A stretch of DNA of 64,000 nt, taken from NCBI GenBank assembly GCA_964016885.1, contig OZ024744.1, positions 85,374,001 through 85,438,000 on the forward strand, written 5' to 3'. The DNA comes from Eledone cirrhosa (lineage: Eukaryota). Made by a program: the position numbers and the translations under genes. Shown piece after piece: positions 1-16,459 of the stretch. The notes below the pieces were generated by a model. That model ran no database searches, was not told the origin of the DNA, and was given only the letters and a program-made list of their open reading frames with translations. Position 1 is the first letter of the stretch. The number at the start of each line of letters is the position of its first letter.

Positions 1-14
1 CATACTTCTATGCA

Positions 15-697
<683 letters not shown>

Positions 698-1224
698 CCG
701 GTTACTTTTGTTCCGCCCTTAAAGTATATTTTACCCGATTTTCTAAATCTATCTACTTATAGCGATCAACTGTTTTTACAGTTATTTTCTGCAATTTCAA
801 TTTCATATTTCAAATTACAAATTACCCAAGTTCTCCGATAAATCATATGATGGGCAGTAGAAGTAGAGTTACATAGTTGAAGCAACACAGCATACTGAAG
901 CTAACCTTATAATGATGATTGGTGCATTTAGAAACTTTACAGTTACAAACGAAGTATATGGAACATTTAAAAAGTAAAATATTGACAAAAGGTTATCATA
1001 TATATCAAAGTTTTGTATTCAATACAACATGTCTAAAGGAGAATTGTCCCCAAAATATAGAAATATCTATCGATTTATCTATTTCTCTCTCTCGCTCTCT
1101 CTCTCCCCCTATCTATCTATCTATCTATCTATGTATCTGTCTAGTTATACACACACAGACACACACAATGACGCATACACGCACACATATATATGTGTGT
1201 ATATATTATAGAATTATTGGTTAC

Positions 1225-1380
1225 TGATTAAGGCACAAGGCTAACATTTTTTGGGAAGGGAAAAGTCGATTAATTCGACCCTAGTATATTACTAGTACTT
1301 TATTTTATCGACTCCGTAAGGATGAAAGGCAAAGTTAATCACGACAGGATTTGAACTCAGATCTTAAAGGACCGTAAATC
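1225..1380 (-). mobile_element. tRNA-derived SINE, family A (cephalopod-type)
   Basis: Reverse complement has a B-box-like TCTGAGTTCAAATCC followed by the CCTTTCATCC...GTCGATAAAATAAAGTAC core; same sequence at ~5030, ~6660 and ~40512. Confidence 0.75.
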
Positions 1381-1520
1381 TATATTTAATTTATGTTCGG
1401 CTGTGGACCGTCTGCTAGCGATATAACAATAAATTAGCAGGCTGCACTCGAAACGAATCTTTTATTTTCTATCTCCTATCTTCTATTCTATTTTGGTGGT
1501 TCAATATAATCCTGTTACAT

Positions 1521-1618
1521 AATTCTGCAAATAACACCTGATGAAGTCACCTTGTCTTACATAATAATCGGATGATAGAGCTGGACTATCGAAATATGTA
1601 TAGTGATTTCGCAGAATT
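1521..1618 (+). ncRNA. Type I hammerhead ribozyme in a Penelope-type terminal remnant
   Basis: cac-CTGATGA(1538)-agtc...gact-atc-GAAA(1591)-tatgta-TA-gtg; stem I extended by aattctgc/gcagaatt; short tail then (TA)n. Confidence 0.7.
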
Positions 1619-1665
1619 AAAATTCTAAAGTAAATTTTCGAACCCGGCTTTCTGCTCCTGTTTTA

Positions 1666-1735
<70 letters not shown>

Positions 1736-2379
1736 GTCTGTGCGTGTGTGTGTATGTGTGTATGCAAAAATATATATATATATATGTATAAGAAGAGCGA
1801 GAGAGAGAATGAAAGAGATGTCTTAGCGAATTGGCTGAAAATAGTTATTGTGATTACATATACATGCACACACATACACACACCTTCACACACACAAGCG
1901 CGCGCGCGCGCGTCCATATGTAGCTTGTATATGCATTCATTAACTTTTCTTTTTGTCTCAATATATAATATGTTCTGGCTTTCACTTCAAAAATAACGCT
2001 TTCAACATCTTGATAAGTTCGCTCGTGTATATCTAAACTAAATTGTTGTTTATGAAATAAATTGACAAACGAATGGAGAAAACGTAAAACAAAAATATGA
2101 AGAGTCTCCATCTTAGCTTTTTGACAAAACCAATCGGTAGGCAATTAGCTAGTTTGTCTACGATGGGCTTCTAAGAGCTTGTGATAATAATTATAAAATC
2201 TGAAGACATGTATTTATTTTGGAATGAATTTTAGCCACTTTAAAATCAAGTAATCAATCTATATAACAAAACAAAATAAAGCAAAAAGAAAAAGAAAAGG
2301 AAGTAAGAAGATAGTCAGTGAAAGGGAGAGGGAGAGAGAGTGAAAATAGATTGATAGGTAGTTAGATAGATAAATAGAG

Positions 2380-2381
2380 AG

Positions 2382-2431
<50 letters not shown>

Positions 2432-2499
2432 GAGAACGAGATAGGGATATATATATATAGTGAGAGAGAGAGAGAAAGCGTGAGTACTAGAGAGAGAGA

Positions 2500-2586
<87 letters not shown>

Positions 2587-2625
2587 AACAGGAAACGAAA
2601 GAATGAGAGAAAGAGAGAGAGAGGC
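2380..2625. repeat. (GA)n microsatellite cluster
   Basis: Directly visible. Confidence 0.95.
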
Positions 2626-3402
2626 AGCAAGAAAGAACAAGTGAAAGAGAAACTAAGAGAGAAACAAAGAGAGATCAATAAGAATTTTAAAAAAACCCAT
2701 AAAAATAACAAAAACGAAACGAAATTAACAAAATAAAACACAAAAGCAATTCCCCAAAAGTAGAAATTATAACGAAATAAAAAGAAGATAATAAAAAGAA
2801 AGAGTAATAAAAGATACAAAAAGAGACAACAGCAACAAACAAACAATTAAAAAAAATAATAATATACAAAGAAAAAATACGAAAACACAAAATTAAGAAA
2901 GAATATTAAATTAAGATAAATTAAGATGATCGAAGATGAATGAAGATGAATGAAGCTGAATTCAATTATTACTTAGTGAACGTCAGAAATAGTTTTCGTA
3001 CAAATCATTCGATATATTTAAAGTGTTGTAAAATTCAGAAACAAGAATATTGTTGAAAATTGAAATTCATTGTTTGTAATTTTTAATATTATTTGGAAAT
3101 AATTTTTGGTGTATGTATGTATACATATGTATACATGTATGTATGTATGTATGTATGTATGTATGTATGTATGTATGTATGTATGTATGTATGTATGTAT
3201 GTATGTATGTATGTACGTACGTACGTAGATACATACATATGTATGTATGTACATACATACGTACATACATGCGTAGATACATACATATGTATTTAGGTAC
3301 ATATGTACATACAAACAAAACATAAACACACATAGATACATTCATCTCTCACTCTCTCTCCCCTATCTCCCCCTCTCTTTCTATCCCCCCCCCATCTCTC
3401 TT

Positions 3403-3517
<115 letters not shown>

Positions 3518-3994
3518 CAATATATATATCAATATATATATACACACACACACACATATAAATTAATATATAAATACATACATACCTACATAATAAATAC
3601 ACATATATACACGTATATTTATTTGTTATATAACGTAAATTTTTGAAAGAAAATTAGATATACCCAGCGAATTACGAAAGCTTAGTTGAAACGTTATAAC
3701 GTCATAGATTTGAAGTCACTTCACTTGTTCTAGTGTTAACCGTACGGCCATCTTTAATGTTGTTCATATTCTCTCTAGAGCACACTTATCTCTGATGATG
3801 AGCCGTGCAAGTCATCATATGGAACAAATAGCAAGATAGACAGAACTAAATTAATCTAGATATGCAAAAGATGCTCTCATTTGAATGAAATTTTTTTTTG
3901 TTTGTTTTTTGTTGTGATTTTGTTGAGGTTTTTGTTTATTTGCATAATACAATTTAAAAAAAAAAAATGTATTATATTGAAAAGATGCACACGT

Positions 3995-4035
<41 letters not shown>

Positions 4036-4166
4036 GTATATATATATATATATATATATACAATAACATACATATATGTTTGTGTGTGCGTATGTATATG
4101 TGTATTTATATATATATATATAGTTTTATATATATATATTACATGTATATATATTATATATATATA

Positions 4167-4715
<549 letters not shown>

Positions 4716-4716
4716 A

Positions 4717-4884
<168 letters not shown>

Positions 4885-5029
4885 CATATGCATACAAGGT
4901 CGAAGTAACAATTGCTATTGTCATTTGTTGTATATTTCAAATTGAAGAAACACACAGAGACACAAACATGCGTTTACTGACGCTCTACCAATACTGCCAA
5001 TCCGCCACCAATCCACTCTGTGCATAATA

Positions 5030-5158
5030 ATTGTTTCTACTTTTGGCACAAGGCCAGCAATTACCCCAGTGCATTACTGGTACTTAATTTTATCGACGCC
5101 CGTTAAAGATGAACGGCAAAGTTATCTTCGGTGAGATTTGAACTCTGACCATAAAGGT
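5030..5158 (-). mobile_element. tRNA-derived SINE, family A
   Basis: Homologous to 1225-1380 and 40512-40690. Confidence 0.72.
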
Positions 5159-5159
5159 T

Positions 5160-5283
5160 CTCAAAATAAATAATAGCAAAATCTCATCGATTCGTTATTA
5201 TGTGAGATAATTATGTGAGATAAAGCGTTTACTCTGAAAATTCAATAGTAAATATTGAGTAATGTAAAATGCTAAAGGGTTAA
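5160..5283. mobile_element. Right end of piggyBac-like MITE
   Basis: Matches ~41680-41802 and ends in AATGCTAAAGGG-TTAA. Confidence 0.6.
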
Positions 5284-5839
5284 AACGATCATGCTAATGG
5301 TATATATGAGGTTAAAAGATTAATTTATCTCAATGTCAACTGCTATTTTTCTCATGTTGATATATAATCAATATGTTGATAGATACGACAGTGTAAGACT
5401 TCCATTTATAATTTGTTTTAGATTGTAGAAAAATGCTAACGTATTTAATGTTGTAAACAGGTTAAGTTGAATTAAAGAACCCTGCGTAGGTGATGAAGGG
5501 AGGTAAACAGTGTTGACCAATGTATAACACAACCAAAGCAGGGCAAAAATCATAAAGCGGCATAAACAATTATTTTGGGTCCAATTGGGAATAATGGTAA
5601 TCGAGTTTAGAATTTTTTCTGTTCCTGACCGTTTTTATTCTAGAAAATTTATTATTTATTATTGGTAATACATATTTTGCATTCAGAAACAGAAGCTAAT
5701 TATAAATGTACATATATATATATATGTAAACACACACACACATATATATGTATACACACACACACAGATATATATATAGTTAATAAATGAAACAAAGCAA
5801 AACACAGGAAACAACATTACACAGTTATATCATGTTTCA

Positions 5840-6002
5840 TATAGAAATAGCTTCTACAGGACTAGAACTGCTTCATTCAAACGAATTCATCAGGATGATT
5901 TCTTTAAAATGAAATAGTTCTAGTCCTGTAGAAGCTATTTCTATTACACTCTACTAATGTATTGAGTACCTTACTTACTGTGGTTACCCCCGATTGAACC
6001 AG
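5840..6002. mobile_element. Fold-back hammerhead element, family of 11943/63469 (degenerate cores)
   Basis: Inverted arms tctacaggactagaac/gttctagtcctgtaga plus the shared tail aatgtattgagtaccttacttactgtgg. Confidence 0.8.
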
Positions 6003-6009
6003 AGTCTCA

Positions 6010-6051
<42 letters not shown>

Positions 6052-6079
6052 TCCACACGCACCCGCACACACACATAGT

Positions 6080-6250
6080 AATAATAAATGTGAAGACTAA
6101 AATCCGAAGAGGGCTCGATAAGGACTATATATATGTGGTGGGGAAGGGGGTGTATGTATATATATATATATATTTAACCCGAAGAGCAAATATTTATTAA
6201 AATAACAGATTAAAGTTTAAGCAAAGAATCGCTGCTTTCACCCTTTTACG
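6080..6250 (-). mobile_element. 3' fragment of the 21011-21625 element family
   Basis: Reverse complement of ~21490-21625 (attaaaataacagattaaagtttaagcaaagaatcgctgctttcaccc). Confidence 0.75.
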
Positions 6251-6659
6251 GATATATACACATAACTATTTCTAATTCTGTATGTATATAAGGGCGGAAG
6301 AACTCATAAGGGTCAACGGCCATTCAAAAATGTGTAAATATGTCTATACATATGTAAGTGTATGTATATATGTATATGCATGTGTATGTATATGTGCGGG
6401 GACATAGAAATAGTCGGGCTGGATACCCTATCGCGCAGTTAAACAACTGGGAGTGAAGGACCCCTAGCCTTTGTCAGGGCATTCTTCTAGGAGAAGGCAA
6501 CTCAGGAAACTGGAATAACTCCGATATAAAACCTGCGGCTCAGTAGTTACCGATGATGTTGATCTTTTCTTCTTTTAGAGTTATAGCTACTGTCGCTCAG
6601 AGAGTGGGATTGGCTCAGTGCACACTCTTTCCACACTTGCATGATAGCATTGATTGATA

Positions 6660-6815
6660 GCCATGCTTTCCAGCATAGTTACGTCCCTTTACGATCTGAG
6701 TTCAAATCCCACCGAGGTTGACTTTGCCTTTCATCCTTACGGGGTCGATAAAATAAAGTACCAGTAATGCGCTGGGTAAATTGCTGGCCTTGTGCCTAAA
6801 GTAGAAACAATTATT
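6660..6815 (+). mobile_element. tRNA-derived SINE, family A
   Basis: TCTGAGTTCAAATCC B-box-like motif plus GCCTTTCATCCTTACGGGGTCGATAAAATAAAGTACCAG core. Confidence 0.75.
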
Positions 6816-7109
6816 AATGTTATATCGTGCAATGGCCATACTCGTTAACGACGAGGCAGCCACCATGTGTATATATGTATATCAGAAAATAATTTATATC
6901 TATTAGTATATAAAATTATATTTGTGTATATATGTATTCATCTGTTTCATTTTTTCTATATTTCTTTGTTTGTTTCATATTTTATTCCTCTTTCTGTGTT
7001 CCCGCTACACTTCCATCTACGTTTCCGGGTTACCTTCCACAGTTTCCGGTTCAATTTTCACTCAAAACATATATATACACCCCCCCCCCCTCCCTCCCAC
7101 ACACACACA

Positions 7110-7152
<43 letters not shown>

Positions 7153-8044
7153 TAAACACAAATACACACAAAATCGTCACAAATTATAAACACACAAACG
7201 AACGTACACACATACACACACACACAGACGTGCATACACGCACACGCATACACACACGCGCATACACACACACATGTATATATATATATATATATAAACA
7301 CACAAACCCATACCCATACACACATATACATCACAACATGCTTGCGCCTACGCCCTAACAAACATACACACAAACAGTATGTATGCATATAAATACACAT
7401 ACGCACACCCATACACACAAATACATGACAACAAGCCTGCATGTACGCTCTTATAAACGCACTAATGAACGTACACACATACACTGAAACATGCACACAG
7501 ACACACACACACTCATGCACGCACACACACATGCGCGCACACACACAGACACACACACACCACTATGTATATAAACAAATACCTACACACACATACGCGC
7601 AAATACATTACACATAGTTGCGCTCACGAACTCATAAACACACTAACAAACTTACTCACATACGCACAGACATACATTCAAACATATGTACACACACAGA
7701 CACAGACAAACACACACACACATAAGCACACACATACATACATACATACATACATACATACATACATACATACATACATACATACATACATACATACGCA
7801 AAAATACATCAGGAATGCATGCGCCCACGTACTCATATCAACGTATACATACACAAACACACACACACATTCAAATACGCATTAACAAATCACATGCCTA
7901 CGCCCACTCACACATTCATAAACACACAAACAAATATATACACATATGCTCATACGCTAATAAGAATTAAAACACATATACATACACACACATACGCATA
8001 CACATATTTAAACACACATACACACACAAATATATATACTAATA

Positions 8045-10998
8045 TCTTAGTCTTTGTCTTAGATTCTTCCGCGCCGTTCGGCGCATCGAGCAGTAAGTAC
8101 TCGCCAATGGTCACGATCAGCGGCAACTTTATCGAGACCAGGTGATGTTGGCTGCCATCAGGTCCTTCCGGAAGAACGTTCGTCGCCAGGTGATCCTTGG
8201 GCAACCCCGCCTCCGTTTACCGCCAGGCGGAGTCCAGTTCATCGCTGTTTTCGAATGCCGTTCATTTGGGCGACGCAGAATATAGCCAGCCAGACGGCAC
8301 CGACGCTCCGTGACCACTCTCTGTAGCATCCACGACTCGGCTCTCCGCAGGATCTCCTCGTTTCGCACTCGGTCGCACCAGGACACACGAAGGATCTTTC
8401 GCAGGCACCGCTGGTGGAAAGCGTTCAGCCGTCTCTCTATTTTTGCCGTACTCTTCCAGGTCTTGCTCTCATAAAGCACTGTCGGCAGCACTATGCTCTT
8501 GTACAGGCGGAGCTTGGTCTTGGTGCTAATGCATGAAGACGACCAGACTGGGCACAGCCGCTGGAAAACTGAGGCTCCTTTGCCGATCCGACAGTTGGTG
8601 TCGAGCTCCGCGTCGCCGCTGCTTGTCAGGATGGTGCCCAGATAGGTGAAGTGATCGACTTCCTCGATGTCCTGTTGGTTGACTCTGATCACTGGACCTG
8701 TGTTGCTGGCCGTCCTCATGATCTTGGTCTTTTTGGTGTTGATTCTCAGGCCGATCTTTTCCGCACTCTCTTGTAGGGATGTTGTTAGGGCCTGCAGATC
8801 TGCACTGTTTTCAGCGATCAAAGCGATGTCGTAGGCTAATGCCAGGTCCCTCAGCCTCGACTGCCCTCTCCATGGGATTCCTCGACCGGGTCCTTCATCC
8901 ATTCGCCTTAGTACGAAATCGGCTGCCAGCAGGAACAACAGTGGAGAGAGAATGCAACCTTGTCTGACTCCGGAGACAATGTCAAAGAATTCCGTCACAT
9001 CAGACTTAGTCCGCACGCAGCAGCTGGAGTTTTCATACAGGGCCTTGAAAATGGCGATGAATCTTGCAGGAATGCCGTACAGTTGCGCAACATTCCACAG
9101 CGACTCCCGGTGTACACTGTCGAATGCCTTCTGGAAATCAATAAAATTGACCGCCAAAGGCTGTTGTAGCTCAACGCATTGTTCGAGAATGTTGCGTAGT
9201 TTAAGGATCTGTTCCGTGCAAGATCGATTTTTTCAGAAGACGGCTTGTTCCTCCCGGAGCACAGAGACGACAGCCTGCCGGGCTGGAGTTGACGCAGCAG
9301 CACAGTGCAGAACGCCTTGCCTGGGACTGACAGCAATGTGATACCACGCCAGTTGTTGCAGTCTGCCAGATTTCCCTTCTTCGGCAGTTTGACAATGACA
9401 CAGTGCTGCCACTCAAGGGGAACCCGACCAAACCTCCAGCAGTGGTTCATCAAGTCTGCCAACGCCATTATTGTGCTCTCCTCGCCGAATTTGAGCAGCT
9501 CAGCAGAGATCTCATCCAGTCCGCCTGCTTTGCCGTTCCTCAAGTGGCTAATCGCATCTCTCGTCTCTTGCTTGTTGATATGGTCCTCGCAGACTTTGAG
9601 TACCTCAGTGGTTGCTGGAGTCTCTGCGGTCAAGTCTATCAGGGCGACCGGATTTGGTTGGTTCAGCATCTCCCGGAAGTGCTCCATCCATCTCTGCTCC
9701 TGTTCCGCTCCAGTGGTCAACGTCTTGCCATCTTTGTCCTTCACTGGCATGCTGGCACCGCTCGACATTCCCGTCAACTCCCTCACGATGCGGAACAGTG
9801 CTTTTGTGACGTTTCGACCAGCAGCTTCCTCTGTCTCAACTCCCTTTTTCTCCAGCCAGTCATGTTTGTCCCGCCCGCAGCTTCGCTTTACAGGTCGTTC
9901 CATTTGGCGGTATACGGCATCTCTTTTCTTTTGGTCTTCCTCCGATCTGGCAGAATCTCGCTCGTCTTTTGCCTTTTTTCGTCTGTAAATCAGGTCCCAC
10001 GTTGATTCTTGGATCCATTTTCCCACCCTCGTTCCTCGTCTTCGGCCAATAGTTTCTTGAGCTGCCTCAGTCACCGCTGTCGTGAACATCGTCCATTGAT
10101 CTTCCAGATCTGCAGCCTCACTCAACTGCTGGAATCGGTTGTGTAGCGCCAGTTGGTACAGTCTCGCATGACCGGGATACTTCAGCTTCTCCACTGCATA
10201 TGGCTTTGGTCTTTCCTGTCGTCTCCGTTTCTTCAGGCGCAGTGAAGTTCCGCACACAGTAGGTGGTGGTCTGAGCCCACGTCCGCACCTCGGTACACTC
10301 TGACGTCACGTACCGAGGACCGCCAGCGCTGGTTGATGCAGATGCAGTCGATCTCGTTTCGGCTTATCTGGTCCGGAGACTGCCAAGTAGCCTTGTGAAT
10401 CGCCTTGTGTTTGAAATAGGTGTTGCTAATGCACAAGCTGTTGATGGCACAAAACAGCTGCAGTCTCTCGCCGCTGTCCGTTGTCTGCAGCAGAACCGAA
10501 TGTCCCAGTGACCTGTTCCAGTCCTTGTCTGTTGCAGCCAATCTGAGCGTTGAAATCACCGATCAGTAGTTTGATGTCATGGCTGGGCAAGTTATTAAAT
10601 GTGTCCTGCAGCTGTTCATAAAAGGCGTCCTTTTCGATGTCGGATGCGTCATCAATCGGTGCGTAGCTCTGAACAACAGTGGTTTTCGCATGGCCACTTT
10701 GAAAAGGGGAGGTTATGATGCGCTCGCTGACTGGCTCCCATCCGATCAATGCTCGAGTTGCTCGGACGCTAGGCACAAGTCCTACGCCATGAACGTGCTT
10801 GTCTTGGTGTCCAGAGTAGAGCAGAGTTGTGTCTCCACTGCCACTCATCTTTCCGCTGCCGGTCCAGCGCATTTCACTCACGCCCAGAATATGCAGCTGG
10901 TAGTGGTCGAACTCGCGAAGTAGCTGAGCCAGCTTTCCTGCCTAGTATAGTGCACGCACATTCCAAGTTCCAATTCGCATCTTTGTTTTGGTGCTCAG
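8045..10998 (-). mobile_element. RTE-clade non-LTR retrotransposon, APE endonuclease + RT, frameshifted, 5' UTR missing
   Basis: Minus-strand ORF pieces: IGTWNV..SEMRW, IGDFNA, SDH (APE); KAGGLD, NWRGITLLS, FIDFQKAFDSV, GVRQGCILSPLLF, YLG (RT); short (CTAAGA)-like 3' tail; GC-rich relative to flanks. Confidence 0.92.
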
Positions 10999-11011
10999 AT
11001 ATATATATATG

Positions 11012-11072
<61 letters not shown>

Positions 11073-11515
11073 CACGTACCACCTTTGCGAAACGTATTTG
11101 GGTTTCGAGGTTCAAATTCGTCTACGGAACAGGTTTGGATTTTGAAATTTTAATATGTCCAGGAACCATGGCCATTGCCAATATAAGCTTGTCTTTATTG
11201 ACTTATATCGAGACAGACAAATTGTATTTACTTTAATTAGTTTATTTCATTAATAGCTAACTTTGTCTGTTGCAATGCAAACACGTTTTGTGTTTATCAT
11301 ATATTTTAATGTATTTAACTGCTCGGAAATGCCCCTTTTCTTGGAGCTGGATTATTGTAAACGACTGAGAGTTTATTCTCAAAATATAATATAGTATATA
11401 TATATACTTAGCTCTGTTTCTCGACCGTTATATCGCGTGACTATCTCCCCCTCCGCCTTTTGGGATTCTTTCTCACGTCGTGTAGACGCGTTCTTGAGAC
11501 TAGTAAAATGAGGTA

Positions 11516-11603
11516 TCCTCTTGATAAGTTGGCAGACCTCGCAAGGACTCTATATCTTTGATATATTGTTTTTGTTTATGCCACGAAACTACGTAGTCGA
11601 GGA
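11516..11603 (+). ncRNA. Type I hammerhead ribozyme with U3-A8 core variant
   Basis: tcctc-TTGATAA-g(t)tggca...tgccac-GAAA-ctacgtag-TC-gagga; lies in a (TA)n-flanked unique segment ~11070-11680. Confidence 0.72.
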
Positions 11604-11675
11604 ATTTAGGAGCAGTTTAGGTATGATACATTTTATTACTAATTATATCTAAATGTTTCTTCTCTCTTCATAATG

Positions 11676-11750
<75 letters not shown>

Positions 11751-11942
11751 TATATATGTATATATATGTATATATTATTGTATGTGTGTGTGTTTAAGTA
11801 TGTGTATGTGTATGTATACATTGACATGAGTACGTGGGCGCAATGTATTTTGTGATGTATTTATGCGTATGAGTGTGCGCATTTGTGTTTAGGTCCATAC
11901 GTGTATGTGTGAAATATATATACTAATATATATATATATATA

Positions 11943-12335
<393 letters not shown>

Positions 12336-12653
12336 ATACAGGAAGCCATTTTTTTAAAGGAAGAATATTTCTTGTTATGCTTTAATTATCATTCTATGAA
12401 TGCCGGGTGGTGATTTAAAGATAAGTCTACTTCTGGGTGGGAAGAACCAACCGCATACGGCAAAATCCATATATGTCTACCAGTCTCAATTAGAGGAATT
12501 TTCAAGTTTCGATATATGTACTTAACGTTCACCCGGCATTATCCCCTAGCATATTAGCGTACGGAAAACACATACATAAGTTACGTGTGTGTGTGTCATG
12601 TTTTTTTTGTTTTATATATATATATATGTGTGTGTATATATATATATATAATA

Positions 12654-12822
<169 letters not shown>

Positions 12823-12861
12823 ACATATATATATATATATATATGTGTGTGTATATATATA

Positions 12862-12905
<44 letters not shown>

Positions 12906-12981
12906 CATGAGTGTGTGTGTGTGTGTATACATATATTTTTGAGGAAGTGGGATGGTGTTCTTATCGAACAAACATACATAC

Positions 12982-13062
<81 letters not shown>

Positions 13063-13580
13063 CATATGTATGCGAGTATATATATACGTGTGTGTGTGTG
13101 TAAATATATATATATATATACATACATATATATATATAAATATATCTTTCTAATATAAAAGCGTGAAACTAATAAGACTTTCTGTACCTCTGTTTGTTGT
13201 CTTCTTGAAATATATTATCAAATTTTGCTAATGTGCCTCGTATAAGAAGTATTTAAAATCGCATTTCACAGTAATATTGCGGATAGCTATTTTAAGACGC
13301 ATCCTATCCTATACTAGCCAATGAAACATATGTTAATACCTGGAATAAACTCTACTGTGTAGCTTATCCGTGTTATTCTTCATTAATTCATTATCAATAC
13401 TCCAAGAACTGCTGACCTCGGAACTGTCCGAAATCGGTCATCCTAGCGCCACAACTAAGTAAACATCTTGTCGAATCAAACAACGTTAAAATAATTCTCC
13501 ACGGTACGGATTACTAGTAACCTCCACTTGAATTACCTTAAAAGATACCTCGTTTCCTTCGATATATATATATACATATA

Positions 13581-13905
13581 TAATTAGAAAGGAACAACAA
13601 AAAATATAACTACTCCATTACCAAAGGTTTCTGAATTGCAGACAATAATAATATACGTCTGGATCGGTCGTCAGAAAGAGATGCTATGGATAAAAAAAAT
13701 ATGAAATTAGATCTAAAAAATTTTTTTAAATCTAATTTCATATTTTTTATCCGTATCATCCGTAACGTATATTAATGTTGTCTGGGATCCAGAAACCTTT
13801 GGTAATGGAGTAGTTATATTTTGTGATGTTCACTTTCTAATTAAATAGCCCTGTTCTTTACATAGAGCACTCTTTTTTCCTTTGCTTTACCTTCGGAATT
13901 ACCTA
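13581..13905. mobile_element. Diverged fold-back element with hammerhead remnant
   Basis: Arms ~13581-13720 and ~13721-13843; the left arm on the minus strand reads CTGACGA..cagac/gtctg..GAAA-cctttgg-TA; tail contains atagagcactc. Confidence 0.7.
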
Positions 13906-13931
13906 TAGAGATATATGTGTATGTGTGTATG

Positions 13932-13988
<57 letters not shown>

Positions 13989-14017
13989 ATACACACATAC
14001 ACATATATCTCTATAGG

Positions 14018-14101
<84 letters not shown>

Positions 14102-15442
14102 GTATGTATGGAGAGATGTGCGTGTTTACATATTTATATGTTAATACTGAGTACCTGTATGAATGCGCGCCTGTGGTTGCGCATATGTGAGTGAAAGATC
14201 ACACGTTTATATGTGTGTATTTGTATTTCCATATAGACGCACATACACTTATGCGTGAATGTATATGTTTACGTACTATTACGTATAAGCGTGAGTTTGT
14301 GTATGTTTATGTATTTGGATATTTATTTATTAACTTTTTCCCCTCTATTTTTGCCCGTTATTTCATTTCAGCCTCACTTTCATTTATCCTATACACTGTT
14401 TTCAAATCAATATAACTATTTCATAAATAAATTATTATTACATAACTAAAAAGCTCTGTAGCCTACATAGAGCATTCTCTTTTCCTTTACCTTTCCTGCG
14501 GAAATACTTCATTCATATATATATATATATATATATTGTCAGGTCGCTCTCGAGTGCTACTGGTAACATGTAACCCAGTACAACCTATCTCATGGTCGGG
14601 TCGTCGGCGACTAAATTGACAACCCCACCAAGCCTGCTCGGTGAGGAGGGTGATATTTGGACATCCCTGCTTTAAAGCTGCATCATATACTAAAACCAGT
14701 AGCGTGTAATTACAGAATCCTACCATTACAGTATCTATAGAAATTTCTATGCACAAAATTTTGTTGAAGTATTTTAAATGAACATTTTTAAATGTCTCCT
14801 AACACACATCGAGGTCATGGAATGATAGTAAATTCAATTGAAACCTTTCGTGTTTCTGTCAAATTTTAAAACCCTGAACATTTATTTAGTCCAGAAAAGC
14901 CGGATTAATATCTTTTTTTTTTTTATTCTGGTGTGACAGCCATCTGTCTTTCTATCAACGCAATTATTCCATTACTAACGCAGACACGAAAACGGAAATA
15001 ATCTGTCTGTATCTAATAAATATAGATACGTTGCCACCCGGCTTGTTGTGGAGTAGAATGATTATCTCGGCAAATAGCGGAGGGACTAAACAGAGTCAAA
15101 GGCCATCCAAAAATAGTACTTTTTTTTCCACCTGGGAGTGAGAGGCCCCCACTTGTTGTCACAACACCTTTCTTGGAGAGAGAATCTCTGAAAAAAAAAG
15201 ACCTTTGGCTTCGGAAGCATCCGACAATGTTGACCAGTTCTCCTTTTCGGGTAGTCTTTCCGATACTCAGAGAGAGGGATTGGTCGAGTGCAAGGCCTCT
15301 CCCCACTTAAAAAACCTTCAAAGCACAGGTATTGCTTGTTCAAGATATGTTACAGGTTCGTGTGGCTGGCGGTAGCATAAAGGTGCACCATTTTCTTTAA
15401 TCTGACAAGCGTTTGCAATACTCTTAGCAGAGTTTGCAACCA

Positions 15443-16276
<834 letters not shown>

Positions 16277-16440
16277 ACAAAGGAAATGTGGTAAGAAACC
16301 AGATGGACCATAAGGCACCAGAGTACTCAATACTTAGGGTAGTAGAGTGGGAAATAGGAAAAAGTATGACCCCGACGGCAGAGCTCAAGCCGTTTCGACG
16401 GCTACGGATTGAGCTCTGCCGTCGAGGTCATACTTTTTCC
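16277..16440 (-). mobile_element. Fold-back terminal element, 'GAGCTC' family
   Basis: Same family as 21678, 22340 and 23700; GAAA-cggc ttgagctct gccg-TC hammerhead 3' half. Confidence 0.8.
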
Positions 16441-16459
16441 TATATATATATATATATAT

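Noticed and set aside
3660-3710. Complete hammerheads at ~3690, ~13325 and ~20830
   Set aside because: Only the GAAA-palindrome-UH half is recognisable and the CUGANGA half is degenerate, so they were not called as ribozymes.
8045-10998. GC-rich segment as bacterial contamination or horizontal gene transfer; antisense ORFs here and over 44-59 kb
   Set aside because: Fully explained by LINE coding sequence; the antisense ORFs are shadows of it.
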